DNA of 64,000 bases from positions 200,868-264,867 of the forward strand of contig CAYXSM010000002.1 of the NCBI GenBank assembly GCA_964466705.1, in the 5' to 3' direction. A program made the position numbers and the translations under genes. Below the pieces are notes generated by a model. It was not told the origin of the DNA. It ran no database searches and saw nothing but the letters and a program-made list of their open reading frames with translations. Positions 1 through 10,347 of this stretch are shown in pieces (the first letter of the stretch is position 1; every line of letters starts with the position of its first letter). The stretch comes from an uncultured Rikenellaceae bacterium (GTDB taxonomy: Bacteria > Bacteroidota > Bacteroidia > Bacteroidales > VadinHA17).

Positions 1-111
1 TGTTTGTGATGGAACTTGGGTGCGTTCAGGAGATAAATGGAAGCCGATAAATGGTAACACACACATTTTATACCTGTTATGAATGGTTCTTGATGATAAA
101 TTGGGCAAAAA

Positions 112-159
112 AATAACTTACAGAATGTTCAAAAAATGTTCAAAATTCTGTAAGTTATT
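112..159 (-). terminator. Intrinsic terminator-like hairpin downstream of tRNA-Arg
   Basis: Perfect 15-bp inverted repeat aataacttacagaat (112-126) / attctgtaagttatt (145-159), followed on the minus strand by a T-run. Confidence 0.6.
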
Positions 160-177
160 AATATTCAGTATACATAG

Positions 178-249
178 TAGCCCCACCAGGAATCGAACCT
201 GAATTTAAGGTTTAGGAAACCTCCGTTCTATCCATTGAACTATGGGGCC
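178..249 (-). tRNA. tRNA-Arg(CCT)
   Basis: Reverse complement GGCCCCATAGTTCAATGGATAGAACGGAGGTTTCCTAAACCTTAAATTCAGGTTCGATTCCTGGTGGGGCTA folds as a cloverleaf; anticodon loop TTCCTAA; T-loop TTCGATT; CCA not encoded. Confidence 0.95.
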
Positions 250-343
250 TGGAATTACGGGGTGTAAAATTATATCTTTTTTTCAGGATTACAAACTACC
301 TGGCGATATGAATCCGGTGGTCTGGAAAAACCGGGATTAAACG

Positions 344-523
344 CACCAGGAATCCCCGCCTGCCAGCTGACGCAACCAGTCGGACAGGTCCGCCTGAACA
401 AAATCAGTCGGACAGGTCCGCCTGAACAAAATCAGTCGGACAGGGAACCTGAATTTAAGGTTTAGGAAACCTCCCTGCCCGACTAACCTCGGTCAGGCAG
501 GTATCCATTGAACTATGGGGCCT
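344..523 (-). pseudogene. Degenerate second copy of tRNA-Arg(CCT) interrupted by two hairpin insertions
   Basis: 344-354, 445-474 and 502-523 are identical to segments of the tRNA at 184-250; 355-444 and 475-501 are insertions; 3' acceptor end is lost. Confidence 0.85.
355..501. repeat. REP-like palindromic units (CCTGCC...GGCAGG / GGACAGG type), including a 28-bp tandem repeat
   Basis: cagtcggacagg at 377, 405 and 433 (period 28, unit cagtcggacaggtccgcctgaacaaaat); separate hairpin cctgcccgac-N8-gtcaggcagg at 474-501. Confidence 0.8.
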
Positions 524-537
524 GTTTTTACAGAATG

Positions 538-545
538 CAAAAATA
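538..545 (-). promoter_or_regulatory. Bacteroidota sigma-A -7 box upstream of the tRNA-Arg pseudo-copy
   Basis: TATTTTTG on the minus strand matches TAnnTTTG, about 15 nt upstream of the tRNA-like 5' end. Confidence 0.5.
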
Positions 546-701
546 AATCACTATATGCTGCTGTACCGGCACTAAATTTAATTCGAATGAAATGGTACGA
601 AGCCAGGTTTTCATGGAATCAGGCAGAAAAACAGGCATGTACACATTAAATTTTTGATAAGTCGCTTAACTTTCATACTTTCACGCCAAAATCATACGGA
701 C

Positions 702-1238
702 ATGAATTATATCGATTTCATAATCTTGGTTTTTCTGGTGTTCGGACTGATGAAGGGATATACTGACGGACTTGTAAAGGAGCTTGCTTCCCTTCTGGCC
801 CTTATAGTGGGTATCTGGGGTGCGATAAAATTCTCCTCATTCACGGCTGGAAAGCTTTATGATTTTTTTGACATGACAGGCAATTATGTAGGCATTATTG
901 CATTTCTCATTACTTTCATTCTGATAGTGATTGTGATTCATTTTGTCGGAACCGTTGTGGACAAGTTCATTGATTCGATAGCCCTGGGCTTTCTCAACCG
1001 GCTGCTGGGGATCGTTTTCGGGGTATTTAAAACAGCTTTGATCCTGAGTGTTATTTTCGTTGTACTGAATGCGATTGATGCCAGGCACCATTTCCTCCCA
1101 AAAGAAAAGATAGAACAGTCACATTTTTATAATCCTATAGCTGACATCGCGCCTGCCCTGTTTCCAATTATAGGAGAAGGCAGTTTCGATAAAAGCTTCG
1201 ACAGATTCAAAAAGAAGCCTGAAGAGATTCTAATATGA
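702..1238 (+). CDS. cvpA: CvpA family (colicin V production) membrane protein
   Basis: MNYIDFIILVFLVFGLMKGYTDGLVKEL start and LNRLLGIVFGVFK motif; ATG at 702 preferred over the ORF start at 654. Confidence 0.85.
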   Translation: MNYIDFIILVFLVFGLMKGYTDGLVKELASLLALIVGIWGAIKFSSFTAGKLYDFFDMTGNYVGIIAFLITFILIVIVIHFVGTVVDKFIDSIALGFLNRLLGIVFGVFKTALILSVIFVVLNAIDARHHFLPKEKIEQSHFYNPIADIAPALFPIIGEGSFDKSFDRFKKKPEEILI

Positions 1239-1248
1239 CCCTCTATGC

Positions 1249-1256
1249 TATCTTTG
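1249..1256 (+). promoter_or_regulatory. Bacteroidota -7 promoter box for tyrS
   Basis: TATCTTTG matches TAnnTTTG, 23 nt before the ATG. Confidence 0.55.
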
Positions 1257-1279
1257 CACTTCTTAAAAAATAACAACAG

Positions 1280-2572
1280 ATGAATTTCGTTGAGGAACTG
1301 AAATGGCGGGGCATGATTCACGATATCATGCCGGGCACTGAGGAACTGCTTCAAAGGGAGATTACGAAAGGATATATTGGATTTGATCCGACCGCCGATT
1401 CATTGCATCTGGGACACATGGTTCAGGTTATGCTGCTTGTGCATTTCCAGAGGTCGGGTCACATACCCATCGCTTTGGTGGGTGGTGCTACAGGCATGAT
1501 CGGCGATCCGTCGGGGAGGTCGGAAGAAAGAAACCTTCTTGACGAGCCGACACTCAGAAAAAATGAAGAAGGCATTAAGAACCAGCTGTCAAAATTCCTG
1601 GATTTTTCTTCAGGCAGCAGGAACAAGGCCATACTGGTCAACAATTACGACTGGATGAAAGAGTATTCCTTTCTTGGTTTTATCAGGGATATTGGAAAGC
1701 ATATTACGGTTAATTATATGATGGCAAAGGATTCGGTAAGGAAAAGACTCGGGGCCGATGCCAGGGAAGGAATGTCTTTCACAGAGTTTTCATACCAGCT
1801 TGTGCAGGGAACCGACTTCCTCCACCTTTACAAGGAGTACGGCTGCAGGCTTCAGATGGGAGGATCGGACCAGTGGGGAAATATCGTGACCGGCACTGAG
1901 CTCATCAGACGCAAAACCGGAGGCGAGGCATTTGCAATGACAAGTCCTCTGATAACAAAACCGGACGGCACAAAATTTGGAAAAACTGAATCGGGTAATG
2001 TATGGCTTGATCCGGAAAAGACCTCCCCTTATCATTTTTATCAGTTCTGGCTGAATGTGTCCGATGAGGAAGCTTCACGGTATGTTAAAATATTCACACT
2101 TCTTGACAGGAATGTTATCTCAGACCTCATCAGAAGCCATGAAATTACACCACATGAGCGTATATTACAGAAGCGGCTGGCTGAAGAGATGACTGTGATG
2201 GTACATTCACGCAGAGATTTTGATCAGGCTGTTGAGGCATCGAACATACTCTTCGGAAAAGGGACCACAGAGTCCCTCAGAAGAATGGATGAAAGAACCT
2301 TTCTTTCTGTCTTCGACGGAGTCCCTGTATTTGACATTGAAGCTTCTGTTATCGGTTCCGGAATAACCGTTACGGAACTGTGTGCCGGGTACACAAAGAT
2401 ATTCCCTTCAAGGGGTGAGCTCAGAAGAATGGTTCAGGGCAGCGGATTAAGCATAAATAAGGCCAGGGTAGATTCACCGGAAATGATTATCGGTCCCGGT
2501 TTGCTGCTTAACAGCAGGTATCTCCTGGTACAGAAGGGGAAAAAGAATTATTTTATCATCAGAACAATCTGA
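1280..2572 (+). CDS. tyrS: Tyrosine--tRNA ligase
   Basis: [15 protein letters not shown] (HIGH), [13 protein letters not shown] (KMSKS), C-terminal S4 domain. Confidence 0.97.
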   Translation: MNFVEELKWRGMIHDIMPGTEELLQREITKGYIGFDPTADSLHLGHMVQVMLLVHFQRSGHIPIALVGGATGMIGDPSGRSEERNLLDEPTLRKNEEGIKNQLSKFLDFSSGSRNKAILVNNYDWMKEYSFLGFIRDIGKHITVNYMMAKDSVRKRLGADAREGMSFTEFSYQLVQGTDFLHLYKEYGCRLQMGGSDQWGNIVTGTELIRRKTGGEAFAMTSPLITKPDGTKFGKTESGNVWLDPEKTSPYHFYQFWLNVSDEEASRYVKIFTLLDRNVISDLIRSHEITPHERILQKRLAEEMTVMVHSRRDFDQAVEASNILFGKGTTESLRRMDERTFLSVFDGVPVFDIEASVIGSGITVTELCAGYTKIFPSRGELRRMVQGSGLSINKARVDSPEMIIGPGLLLNSRYLLVQKGKKNYFIIRTI

Positions 2573-2575
2573 TTG

Positions 2576-3805
2576 TCACGTAAACAGGTCGGCGACAATT
2601 ATTGATATATCATCAAAAAGACCAGGGTTGTTGTCCGGAATACCTAGGTTCTGGAGCATCCTTATCATATTTAGTTCAACCGGATCACAGTTTGAAATAT
2701 ATTTGATGATCTCACGGGTCTCCATGTCTTCTCCGTCATCATTTTTAAGTTCAGACAGACCGTCAGTATAGCATACAAGCTTGGAATAGTTGTTTACAGT
2801 CAGTGTTTCCATTCCGGTCTGAGGCATTTCATCAAGCATGCCTATCCCTACACAAGATGAGTGCAGATGAATTGTTTCGCGGGTTACAGTATCGTATATT
2901 ACCGGCGGATTGTGTGCTGCGTTTATGTATTCAAGGACACGTGAATTATGGTCATACCTTGCGAGGAATATTGTTATAAACCTTTCGCCTGAAGCATTTG
3001 CATTGACCAGGGAGTTAAGTTTCCGCACCAGAAAAGGAAGCTCAATATCGGGTGTGAAGAGAGCCCTGAGGCTGGCCTGGAAGTTTGACATGAGCAGGGC
3101 AGCTGAGATGCCTTTTCCTGATACATCTGCGATACAGAACCCTGTTTTTGAATCAGAGAGAGCAATGCAATCATAATAATCTCCGCCCACATCGTAGTGG
3201 GGGTAATAGAATCCGCTTACAACCAGCTTGTTGTTTCTTGGCATTGATGTATTTTCAGGAATCAGCTTTTGCTGCATTCTGGCAGCAAGTTCCAGTTCCC
3301 TTTTTAAAGCTTCCTGGCGGAGGCTCTCATTGAAAAGCCTTATATTCTCAATAGCCACAAGTATTATACTGGATATTGTCTGCACAAAATTAAGATGCTT
3401 GAGCACCGGGCTCATTCCCTTGCCTTCTTCTTCGATATCGCCCATTAGTACAAATGCCAGTGGCAGGTTATTATTATGAACCGGAATGACAATATCGACT
3501 CCTTCGATGCCCGTGTCTTCGGGTCTGAATACAGTCTCAGTGTATTTAAGAAGACGTGATACAGGATCAGTATCTGAAGCAAAACGGCCGGGGAACCCTC
3601 CGTTAAGCAGGCATTCCCATTTGTCGGAATGTTTGAATATAAGGATTTTACCTATCCCGAGACTGTTTCTTAGTATTGATTCATATTTTGAAAGAAGGGT
3701 TTCAGCCGGCAGGTTTGCATTGATTGAAAGAGCAATGTCAAGCAGGGCATCCAGCTTGAATTTTGAGATGTGAAGTCTGTTTTTTGATCTTTGCTTTTCT
3801 GCCAT
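2576..3805 (-). CDS. PP2C/SpoIIE-family protein serine phosphatase (RsbU-like) with N-terminal GAF-like region
   Basis: ELELAARMQ, VGGDYYD, IADVSGKG, YTDGLSE and DDISII motifs. Confidence 0.9.
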   Translation of the reverse strand: MAEKQRSKNRLHISKFKLDALLDIALSINANLPAETLLSKYESILRNSLGIGKILIFKHSDKWECLLNGGFPGRFASDTDPVSRLLKYTETVFRPEDTGIEGVDIVIPVHNNNLPLAFVLMGDIEEEGKGMSPVLKHLNFVQTISSIILVAIENIRLFNESLRQEALKRELELAARMQQKLIPENTSMPRNNKLVVSGFYYPHYDVGGDYYDCIALSDSKTGFCIADVSGKGISAALLMSNFQASLRALFTPDIELPFLVRKLNSLVNANASGERFITIFLARYDHNSRVLEYINAAHNPPVIYDTVTRETIHLHSSCVGIGMLDEMPQTGMETLTVNNYSKLVCYTDGLSELKNDDGEDMETREIIKYISNCDPVELNMIRMLQNLGIPDNNPGLFDDISIIVADLFT

Positions 3806-3812
3806 TGTCCGC

Positions 3813-4379
3813 TTATGACTTTACCCTTTCAATATATGACCTGTCCCTGGTGTCCACTTTGATTTTGTCTCCGGTATTTATGAATAAGGGTACCATTACT
3901 GTTGAGCCGGTCTCTATCGTGGCCTGCTTAAGAGTATTAGTTGCCGTGTCTCCCCTCAGACCGGGTTCGGTGTAGGTTACTTCCATTATCACAAACTGAG
4001 GCAGTTCAACAGAAAGAACAGATTCAGTATCAGCATGGACAACCACCTCCACATTCTGTCCTTCGGTAAGAAATTCGGGACTGTCAATCAACTCCTTGTT
4101 AACGTGTATCTGTTCGAAAGTTTCCAGATGCATCAGATAATAACCCAGGTCATCCTGATAAAGATACTGGTAGGGCCTTCTTTCAACCCTTGCCAGGTTA
4201 ACCCTGGTTCCGGAGGCAAATGTGTTATCAATAATCCTTCCCGATCTTATGTTTCTCAGCTTTGTTCTGACAAAAGCAGGCCCTTTGCCTGGTTTCACAT
4301 GCTGGAACTGTACGATGGAATATAGGTCGTCATTGAATTCAATAACCAGTCCGTTCCTGAAATCTGCTGTACTTGCCAT
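3813..4379 (-). CDS. efp: Elongation factor P
   Basis: [15 protein letters not shown] and PGLRGDTAT motifs. Confidence 0.97.
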   Translation of the reverse strand: MASTADFRNGLVIEFNDDLYSIVQFQHVKPGKGPAFVRTKLRNIRSGRIIDNTFASGTRVNLARVERRPYQYLYQDDLGYYLMHLETFEQIHVNKELIDSPEFLTEGQNVEVVVHADTESVLSVELPQFVIMEVTYTEPGLRGDTATNTLKQATIETGSTVMVPLFINTGDKIKVDTRDRSYIERVKS

Positions 4380-4412
4380 ATAACTCTGTCACTGCTAATG
4401 ATTAAAAAGTTG

Positions 4413-5192
4413 CTACCTGTAAATTATGTCGAGAGGATATTTTAATCCCTGAAAGCTTACGATTTCGGCAACAAAGGCCCCTACAAATATATCAAAACGT
4501 ATTCTAACCGGTAAAAAATTCTTATCAGCTGTAAACCAAAAAGATACATCTTCTTCCGTTTTAAAAAGCCTGCCTTTTTCAGTGACAGGATTGAATTTAA
4601 GGCACTTCATTCTGCCAATTTTAGTCTTAATTTCTTCCTCACCAATATATCTTAATTTTATAGGATAGAGCTCATCCGTGAACCATGTCATTATTGTTAT
4701 CACTTCTCCTTTGTTAAGTTTTTTATGATAAGGAAGATATTTATTTCTGAAGAAATAAAAACATGACAGGATATCATGAATTCCCGGCTGCGTGATATGT
4801 ATGCCTGTAAGATCGCTTGTCAGGATTGCCGAATCGGTTCTTGTTGTATGATCGAAAATGACTTCGTTATATCTTGTATACCTGCCTTCACGTATGTTTC
4901 TGATAGAAAAGACCGGCAGTTCTGATGAAGGGTCTATGTAGCTTTCATAAATATCTTTTACTCTGAATATTGCGTCAGCGACACCCGTTGTTTGCCCGAC
5001 AAGGACAGAGTGGTATACTTTCTTACCCCTGAAAGTGTCGGGTTTTAACTCAAGAGATGCAATGCCGCCCTGAATAATTCCGTAATGAATCTCGTAATTG
5101 ATTTTTTCCCCGGGTTTATAGGCTGAATGTTGTCCGCAAATTGTAAGGGATAAGTAAAGAATAAAAGATATGCTTATAAACAGTTGTTTCAT
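4413..5192 (-). CDS. DUF3108 domain-containing exported protein
   Basis: Signal peptide; GEKINYEIHYG, FRVKDIYESYID, HDILS and WFTADKNFLPVRI pattern. Confidence 0.8.
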   Translation of the reverse strand: MKQLFISISFILYLSLTICGQHSAYKPGEKINYEIHYGIIQGGIASLELKPDTFRGKKVYHSVLVGQTTGVADAIFRVKDIYESYIDPSSELPVFSIRNIREGRYTRYNEVIFDHTTRTDSAILTSDLTGIHITQPGIHDILSCFYFFRNKYLPYHKKLNKGEVITIMTWFTDELYPIKLRYIGEEEIKTKIGRMKCLKFNPVTEKGRLFKTEEDVSFWFTADKNFLPVRIRFDIFVGAFVAEIVSFQGLKYPLDIIYR

Positions 5193-5228
5193 AATATTAA
5201 TCTCTGAAATTCAAATAAGGCAAACAAA

Positions 5229-5933
5229 TTACCTGCCAGAGATCTTCTTCTTAGGTTGTGAAGTTATAAAATCTTTGAGATAGAAAGGTTCGAAATATGC
5301 AACATCTTCAAATCGCTGATCTTTAAAAGCTTTATAAACAGGAACGTACATGTGTGATGCAGAATTGGTGAATTCATCGATGTGTTTAATGTTTTTTCCT
5401 TTCAGAATGTCACGGCATTTGGCAGCACCGTCACCGAATATCAGTATCAGTCCGGACTCTCCGGCCGTGCTGAAGGTATTTTCATTTATGATTTCAGCGG
5501 CTGTTTCCCTGACTACTGTCCCTTCAGGGGAGAAAACAGCATAATACACTTCCATTCTCCGGGCATCGATCATGGGAACAAACAATGAATCACTGTTTGC
5601 ACCGTATTTTTCTCTCAGGTCGTCGGTAATTCCGTAAAACATTGAAAGTGTTGTTTCGACGCTTATCAAAGGTATTGAGGAAGCGTAGGCTATACCTTTG
5701 GCTACTGAAACTCCTATGCGGAGGCCGGTATAAGATCCAGGACCTTTACTGACAGCAACAGCTTCAAGACCGGAAGCAGTCATCCCGCCTTCGGCAAGAA
5801 TTTCGGAGATCAGAACCGTAAGACCTGATGCGTGAGACCGGCCTTCTTTATTTTCTTTCAGGGCCACAATGCCCTTACTGTCGCAAAGAGCAACAGAACA
5901 GATTGATGTTGAAGTATCAAGACACAGTATCAT
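5229..5933 (-). CDS. tsaB: tRNA threonylcarbamoyladenosine biosynthesis protein TsaB
   Basis: ILCLDTST, VSKGPGSYTGLRIG, IDARRMEVY, FEPFYLK. Confidence 0.95.
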   Translation of the reverse strand: MILCLDTSTSICSVALCDSKGIVALKENKEGRSHASGLTVLISEILAEGGMTASGLEAVAVSKGPGSYTGLRIGVSVAKGIAYASSIPLISVETTLSMFYGITDDLREKYGANSDSLFVPMIDARRMEVYYAVFSPEGTVVRETAAEIINENTFSTAGESGLILIFGDGAAKCRDILKGKNIKHIDEFTNSASHMYVPVYKAFKDQRFEDVAYFEPFYLKDFITSQPKKKISGR

Positions 5934-5957
5934 TTAATAAATGGTAACCGGGAAATA

Positions 5958-7217
5958 TTATTTCAGGGAATATAGATCTTCTCTCTTAACGATTTCTACC
6001 AGGGAACTGTCTGCAAGTTTTTTGCTTATTGCGCTGAAGGGGGCTGATATAATTTCATCTCCTTCTGAAAGGCCTGAGATGACCTCAATATAACTGTTAT
6101 CCTGGATTCCGGTAAGAACATCTTTTGCCAGTGCTCTTTCCCCGTCGGTAATGAATACTATGGTCCGTATGTCTTCATCGGAAGTGCTCAACACCATCTT
6201 TGTCGTGTCTGTCCTTGTGGTAACGGATTGTATCGGGACAGCAATTACATTCTCTCTTGTCTCAGTCTGAATATCAACAGTTGTTGACATTCCCGGCCTG
6301 AGAGGATTGTTTTTCCTTCCTGACGACAGATCCTGATATGATTCGGGCAGGACAAGGATCTTAACATCAAAGCTTGTTACCTGGTCGGCAGAGACTCCCG
6401 TTGTTTTGGCCGAGCTTGCTATTTCGGTCACCACACCTTTGAATTTTCTGTTAAGGTATGCATCAACCTCAATAATTGCTGTGTCACCAGCATTTACCCT
6501 GACAATATCATTTTCATTGACTTCTACCCTGGCTTCCATCCGGGTAAGATCAGCCACGCGCATCAGCTCGGTACCAGCCATCAGGTTTGTCCCGGCTACT
6601 CTTTCACCCAGTTCCACCAGAAGCATGGATACTGTTCCTGTCATCGGCGAGTATATCGTAGTCTTGGTAAGGTTTTCGCTGGCTTCTTTAAGGGAAGCTT
6701 CAGCGCTTACCACTGAAAACTTTGCAGCCTCCAGCTCAGCTTTTGCCACAGCGTAGGACGCTTCAGCCTGTTCATAGTCCGCTCTGGATATGGTCTGCTC
6801 GTCAAATAACTGACTGGTCCTGTTGAATGACAGTTCAGTTTGTTTGAACTGTGCCTCTGCCTGGCCAAGGCGTGCACGGGCCTGGCTTAATGCGGCCAGC
6901 GACCTTTCTTTTTGCGAAATATAAACATCAGGCTTTATGCGAAGCAACAGCTGACCCTTCTCAACATAGTCACCCTCCTTAACAGTCAGCTCAACGATTT
7001 CGCCCGATACATCAGGGCTGATCTTTACTTCTTTCTCGGGCTGGATCTTTCCGTTAGCAGTAATAGATTCCACGATTTTCCTCCTTTCAGCAACTTCAAC
7101 GGCAACCTTTACTGTAGCACCTTTTCCAAACCATCCTTGTTTTTTGCCGATGATTGCAATTATTATCAGCACAACCACAAGCGGAACAAGAAACTTAAGT
7201 ATTTTGTTGGTTTTCAT
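5958..7217 (-). CDS. Efflux periplasmic adaptor subunit (MacA/HlyD-like MFP)
   Basis: N-terminal TM anchor, lipoyl halves (ISPDVSGEIVELTVKEGD / IYSPMTGTV), coiled coil, LRPGMS. Confidence 0.9.
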   Translation of the reverse strand: MKTNKILKFLVPLVVVLIIIAIIGKKQGWFGKGATVKVAVEVAERRKIVESITANGKIQPEKEVKISPDVSGEIVELTVKEGDYVEKGQLLLRIKPDVYISQKERSLAALSQARARLGQAEAQFKQTELSFNRTSQLFDEQTISRADYEQAEASYAVAKAELEAAKFSVVSAEASLKEASENLTKTTIYSPMTGTVSMLLVELGERVAGTNLMAGTELMRVADLTRMEARVEVNENDIVRVNAGDTAIIEVDAYLNRKFKGVVTEIASSAKTTGVSADQVTSFDVKILVLPESYQDLSSGRKNNPLRPGMSTTVDIQTETRENVIAVPIQSVTTRTDTTKMVLSTSDEDIRTIVFITDGERALAKDVLTGIQDNSYIEVISGLSEGDEIISAPFSAISKKLADSSLVEIVKREDLYSLK

Positions 7218-7311
7218 ATTTATGAGTCAATATCTTGTTTATATGATATCAGTTAAAATATTCATTTAAAGTATTTATGGCAGCATAATTTAATTCATCA
7301 ATAAATGTATT

Positions 7312-8652
7312 TCAGTCATTAAGACTGATAGGCAGCCCTTTGTAAAAATCAAGGACTTTTGTCTTGAAGATGAATTCATATTTTGCCTGCGCCATATCTG
7401 ACTGAGCATTAAGCAGCTGTGTTTTGGATGCATTGTAGTCAAAAGGTGTTATCATACCGACGTCAAATTTCTGTTCGGAATACCTGAACGATTCTTCTGA
7501 AGACTTCACTGCCTTTACACTTGCATTATATTTCTCCAGGGCGGCAATTGCGTCGTTGTAGGCCAGCTGGATGTCTTTGTAAAGCTGTTTTCTTGTACCT
7601 TCAAGGGCATACTGGCTGTTTTCAACCGCAAGTTTTGAGTTGGAAATATTTTTATTTACCTGCCATCCGTTAAGCACCGGGATATTAAGGGATAATCCCA
7701 ATCCGTAATTCTTATTGTTTTTCAACTGATCCTCAAAAGACTGCAATCCGGGCATATCTTCAATAAATGAATACCTTGTCCCGAAGGTATGGCTTAGTGA
7801 AATGACGGGACTTCTGCCGCCTTTTGCTATTTTCAGATTGTATTCGCTTGCCGTAAGTTTCAGCTCAGAACTCCTGATCTCAGGTCGCGACTGCGATGCA
7901 AGATTAAATATTTCGTTGACATCACCCGTGACAACTGAGCTTGTTCCGATGTCAATATCAGGGACGACAATCTCAAATCCTTCAGGGGATTCAATCTCCA
8001 GAAGCTGCGTCAGAGAGAGATAAGACGTCTCAAGCTGATTTCTCATAGTTATCAGGTGAAGTTCTTCCTGGGCTGCCTGAGCCTCAATCTGTAAAAGATT
8101 ACCCCTGGCAACACTTCCTGCTTCAACAAGCTTTCTAGTCTTTTCAATCTGCTGCAGTGTAATATCAAGCTGATTCTCATTGGCTGATACCAGTTCCCTG
8201 TTCAGGAGTATCTGGAGGTATGCAAGTGCAACGCTCAGGGCTATATTGTCGCGGATACTCTGCAGATCCTGCTCTCCTGCAAGCAACTCATATTTATTCT
8301 TCTGAATAGTGTTGACGTTCTGAAGGCCATTGAAAATATTCGTCCTCCCCCCTATGTAGAAATAGTCGGAGAGGATGGTCTGGTTGTAAAATGTGTATGT
8401 ATTCTGATCAAGAGCCCTGCCAAATGAATAATCATGTGACACTGTACCATTTATTGATGGCAGGAGATCAAGCTTGGACTGTTCCAGGGAATTCTTCCGT
8501 ACTTTTGTTTCGATCGTCTGCTGTTTGATACTGATATTATGATCTATGGCATAATAAATACATTCTTCCAGTGTCCAGACCCTGCCCTGGCCATTGCTTG
8601 ATGACAGACCCGGAAACACAACAAAGGTAAGCAGGATACATAACTTTTTCAT
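7312..8652 (-). CDS. TolC family outer-membrane efflux protein
   Basis: WTLEECIYYAIDHN start and duplicated OEP repeats. Confidence 0.9.
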   Translation of the reverse strand: MKKLCILLTFVVFPGLSSSNGQGRVWTLEECIYYAIDHNISIKQQTIETKVRKNSLEQSKLDLLPSINGTVSHDYSFGRALDQNTYTFYNQTILSDYFYIGGRTNIFNGLQNVNTIQKNKYELLAGEQDLQSIRDNIALSVALAYLQILLNRELVSANENQLDITLQQIEKTRKLVEAGSVARGNLLQIEAQAAQEELHLITMRNQLETSYLSLTQLLEIESPEGFEIVVPDIDIGTSSVVTGDVNEIFNLASQSRPEIRSSELKLTASEYNLKIAKGGRSPVISLSHTFGTRYSFIEDMPGLQSFEDQLKNNKNYGLGLSLNIPVLNGWQVNKNISNSKLAVENSQYALEGTRKQLYKDIQLAYNDAIAALEKYNASVKAVKSSEESFRYSEQKFDVGMITPFDYNASKTQLLNAQSDMAQAKYEFIFKTKVLDFYKGLPISLND

Positions 8653-8961
8653 CGGAAATATATGTTGTTATCAATAATTCTTATAAAAGGAATAGACCAC
8701 GTTAAACAATTTCATCAACTCAGCCGGGTTGTGATAAGCTGGTAAAATGAGGTACGAAGATAAATAATATCCGAGACAGAATAAATATTTTCTTGTATTT
8801 AACAAAAACACGGGTCGTGAACAAAAAAGCAACTGTTGCAGCCAGGCTTTAATGCATCCCAGTCTTTGTAAAGACAACCATACTTCAATGTTGATGATTA
8901 TCAGGTGATACTGATTTTTAATTATCTTTACACAGGAATTTTTCATTTAATATTTAAATAT

Positions 8962-10038
8962 ATGATTAACAAAGAATTAAACCTGAAACCAGGAGTAATT
9001 TCCGGAAATGATGTCAAATTGCTTTTTGATTTTGCAAACAGGAATGATTTTGCAATTCCGGCAGTGAACGTGGTTGGTACAAATTCGGTGAATGCTGTTC
9101 TTGAGACAGCCAGAGCGGTGAATTCACCCGTTGTGATACAGTTTTCAAACGGGGGCGCCCATTTTTTTGGCGGACAGGGATTACCAAAAGAAAATCAGAC
9201 AGGAGCCACTGCCGGTGCAATATCAGGAGCATTGCATATCCATAATGTGGCAGGGCTGTATGGTATTCCGGTGATAATTCATACAGATCATGCGGCACGT
9301 AAACTTCTTCCATGGATTGATGCACTTATTGAAGCCGGAGAAAAATATTACAGGGAAAACGGAATACCACTTTTCAGCTCTCATATGCTCGATCTTTCGG
9401 AAGAGCCCCTGGAGGAAAATGTTGAAACATGCAAGAGGTATCTTGAAAGGATGAGCAGGATTGGCATGACACTTGAAATTGAACTTGGTGTTACAGGAGG
9501 AGAGGAGGACGGAGTTGACCATACCGGAATCCAAAGCTCAAAGCTGTATACTCAACCGGAAGATGTTGCTTATGCATACGGCGAACTGTCAAAGGTCAGC
9601 GACAGGTTTACCATTGCAGCTTCATTCGGTAATGTTCACGGAGTATATAAACCAGGAAATGTTGAACTGAAACCGATTATCCTCAGGAACTCGCAGGATT
9701 ACATCAGGGAGAAATTCAATACCGGACCGAACCCCGTGAATTTTGTTTTTCACGGAGGTTCAGGATCAGAAAAGCATCTTATTAAAGAAGCAATCGGCTA
9801 CGGTGCGATCAAAATGAATATAGACACTGATTTGCAATGGGCTTTCTGGGATGGAGTAAACAAATACCAGAAGGAAAAACAGGGTTATTTGCAGAGTCAG
9901 ATCGGCAATCCTGAAGGTGAAGACAAGCCCAATAAAAAATATTATGACCCGCGGATATGGCTCCGAAAGGGGGAAGAAGCATTTATTGAAAGGCTTAAGG
10001 AAGCTTTCGCTGACCTGAATGCACTGAACAGATGCTGA
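8962..10038 (+). CDS. fbaA: Class II fructose-bisphosphate aldolase
   Basis: HTDH, HMLDLS, GGEEDG, FGNVHG, FHGGSG, NIDTD, YYDPR; ATG at 8962. Confidence 0.96.
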   Translation: MINKELNLKPGVISGNDVKLLFDFANRNDFAIPAVNVVGTNSVNAVLETARAVNSPVVIQFSNGGAHFFGGQGLPKENQTGATAGAISGALHIHNVAGLYGIPVIIHTDHAARKLLPWIDALIEAGEKYYRENGIPLFSSHMLDLSEEPLEENVETCKRYLERMSRIGMTLEIELGVTGGEEDGVDHTGIQSSKLYTQPEDVAYAYGELSKVSDRFTIAASFGNVHGVYKPGNVELKPIILRNSQDYIREKFNTGPNPVNFVFHGGSGSEKHLIKEAIGYGAIKMNIDTDLQWAFWDGVNKYQKEKQGYLQSQIGNPEGEDKPNKKYYDPRIWLRKGEEAFIERLKEAFADLNALNRC

Positions 10039-10233
10039 AAAGCTCAATTGCATGTTTTAGACAATCTGAAAGGGATCATTCCCTTAAGGACCGGAATGAT
10101 TAGGCTGGTTGTCGGAAAATCACTGCGGGATATGGTTCAGATGCCGCCATCCCTGGTTGGGCTGTGTAAGAAAAAGGTAATCAGTACTTTATTTAAATCG
10201 GCACATAAAAGTTTTTAAGATTACAATAACCTC

Positions 10234-10260
10234 ACAGCCAATCTGTTACAGATTGGCTGT
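10234..10260. terminator. Perfect hairpin (probable terminator) downstream of fbaA
   Basis: acagccaatctgt-t-acagattggctgt, 13-bp perfect inverted repeat. Confidence 0.6.
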
Positions 10261-10347
10261 TATAATTATGTTAAAAACTAAATAAAACTTAAATAAAGAA
10301 TAGATGAGGTTTTGATAAATTAGAAGCAGGATTCAAACCGTTAATTT

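Noticed and set aside
377-444. 28-bp periodic repeat as a mini CRISPR array
   Set aside because: The intervening sequences are identical (no unique spacers), the unit is too short, there are no cas genes, and it sits inside a tRNA copy.
5958-8652. MFP plus TolC without an inner-membrane transporter
   Set aside because: From recall, tolC-MFP-tsaB is a common Bacteroidota arrangement with the ABC partner encoded elsewhere; not unusual.
8671-8946. 91-aa minus-strand ORF between tolC and fbaA
   Set aside because: No recognisable motif, and it spans the divergent promoter region; likely spurious.
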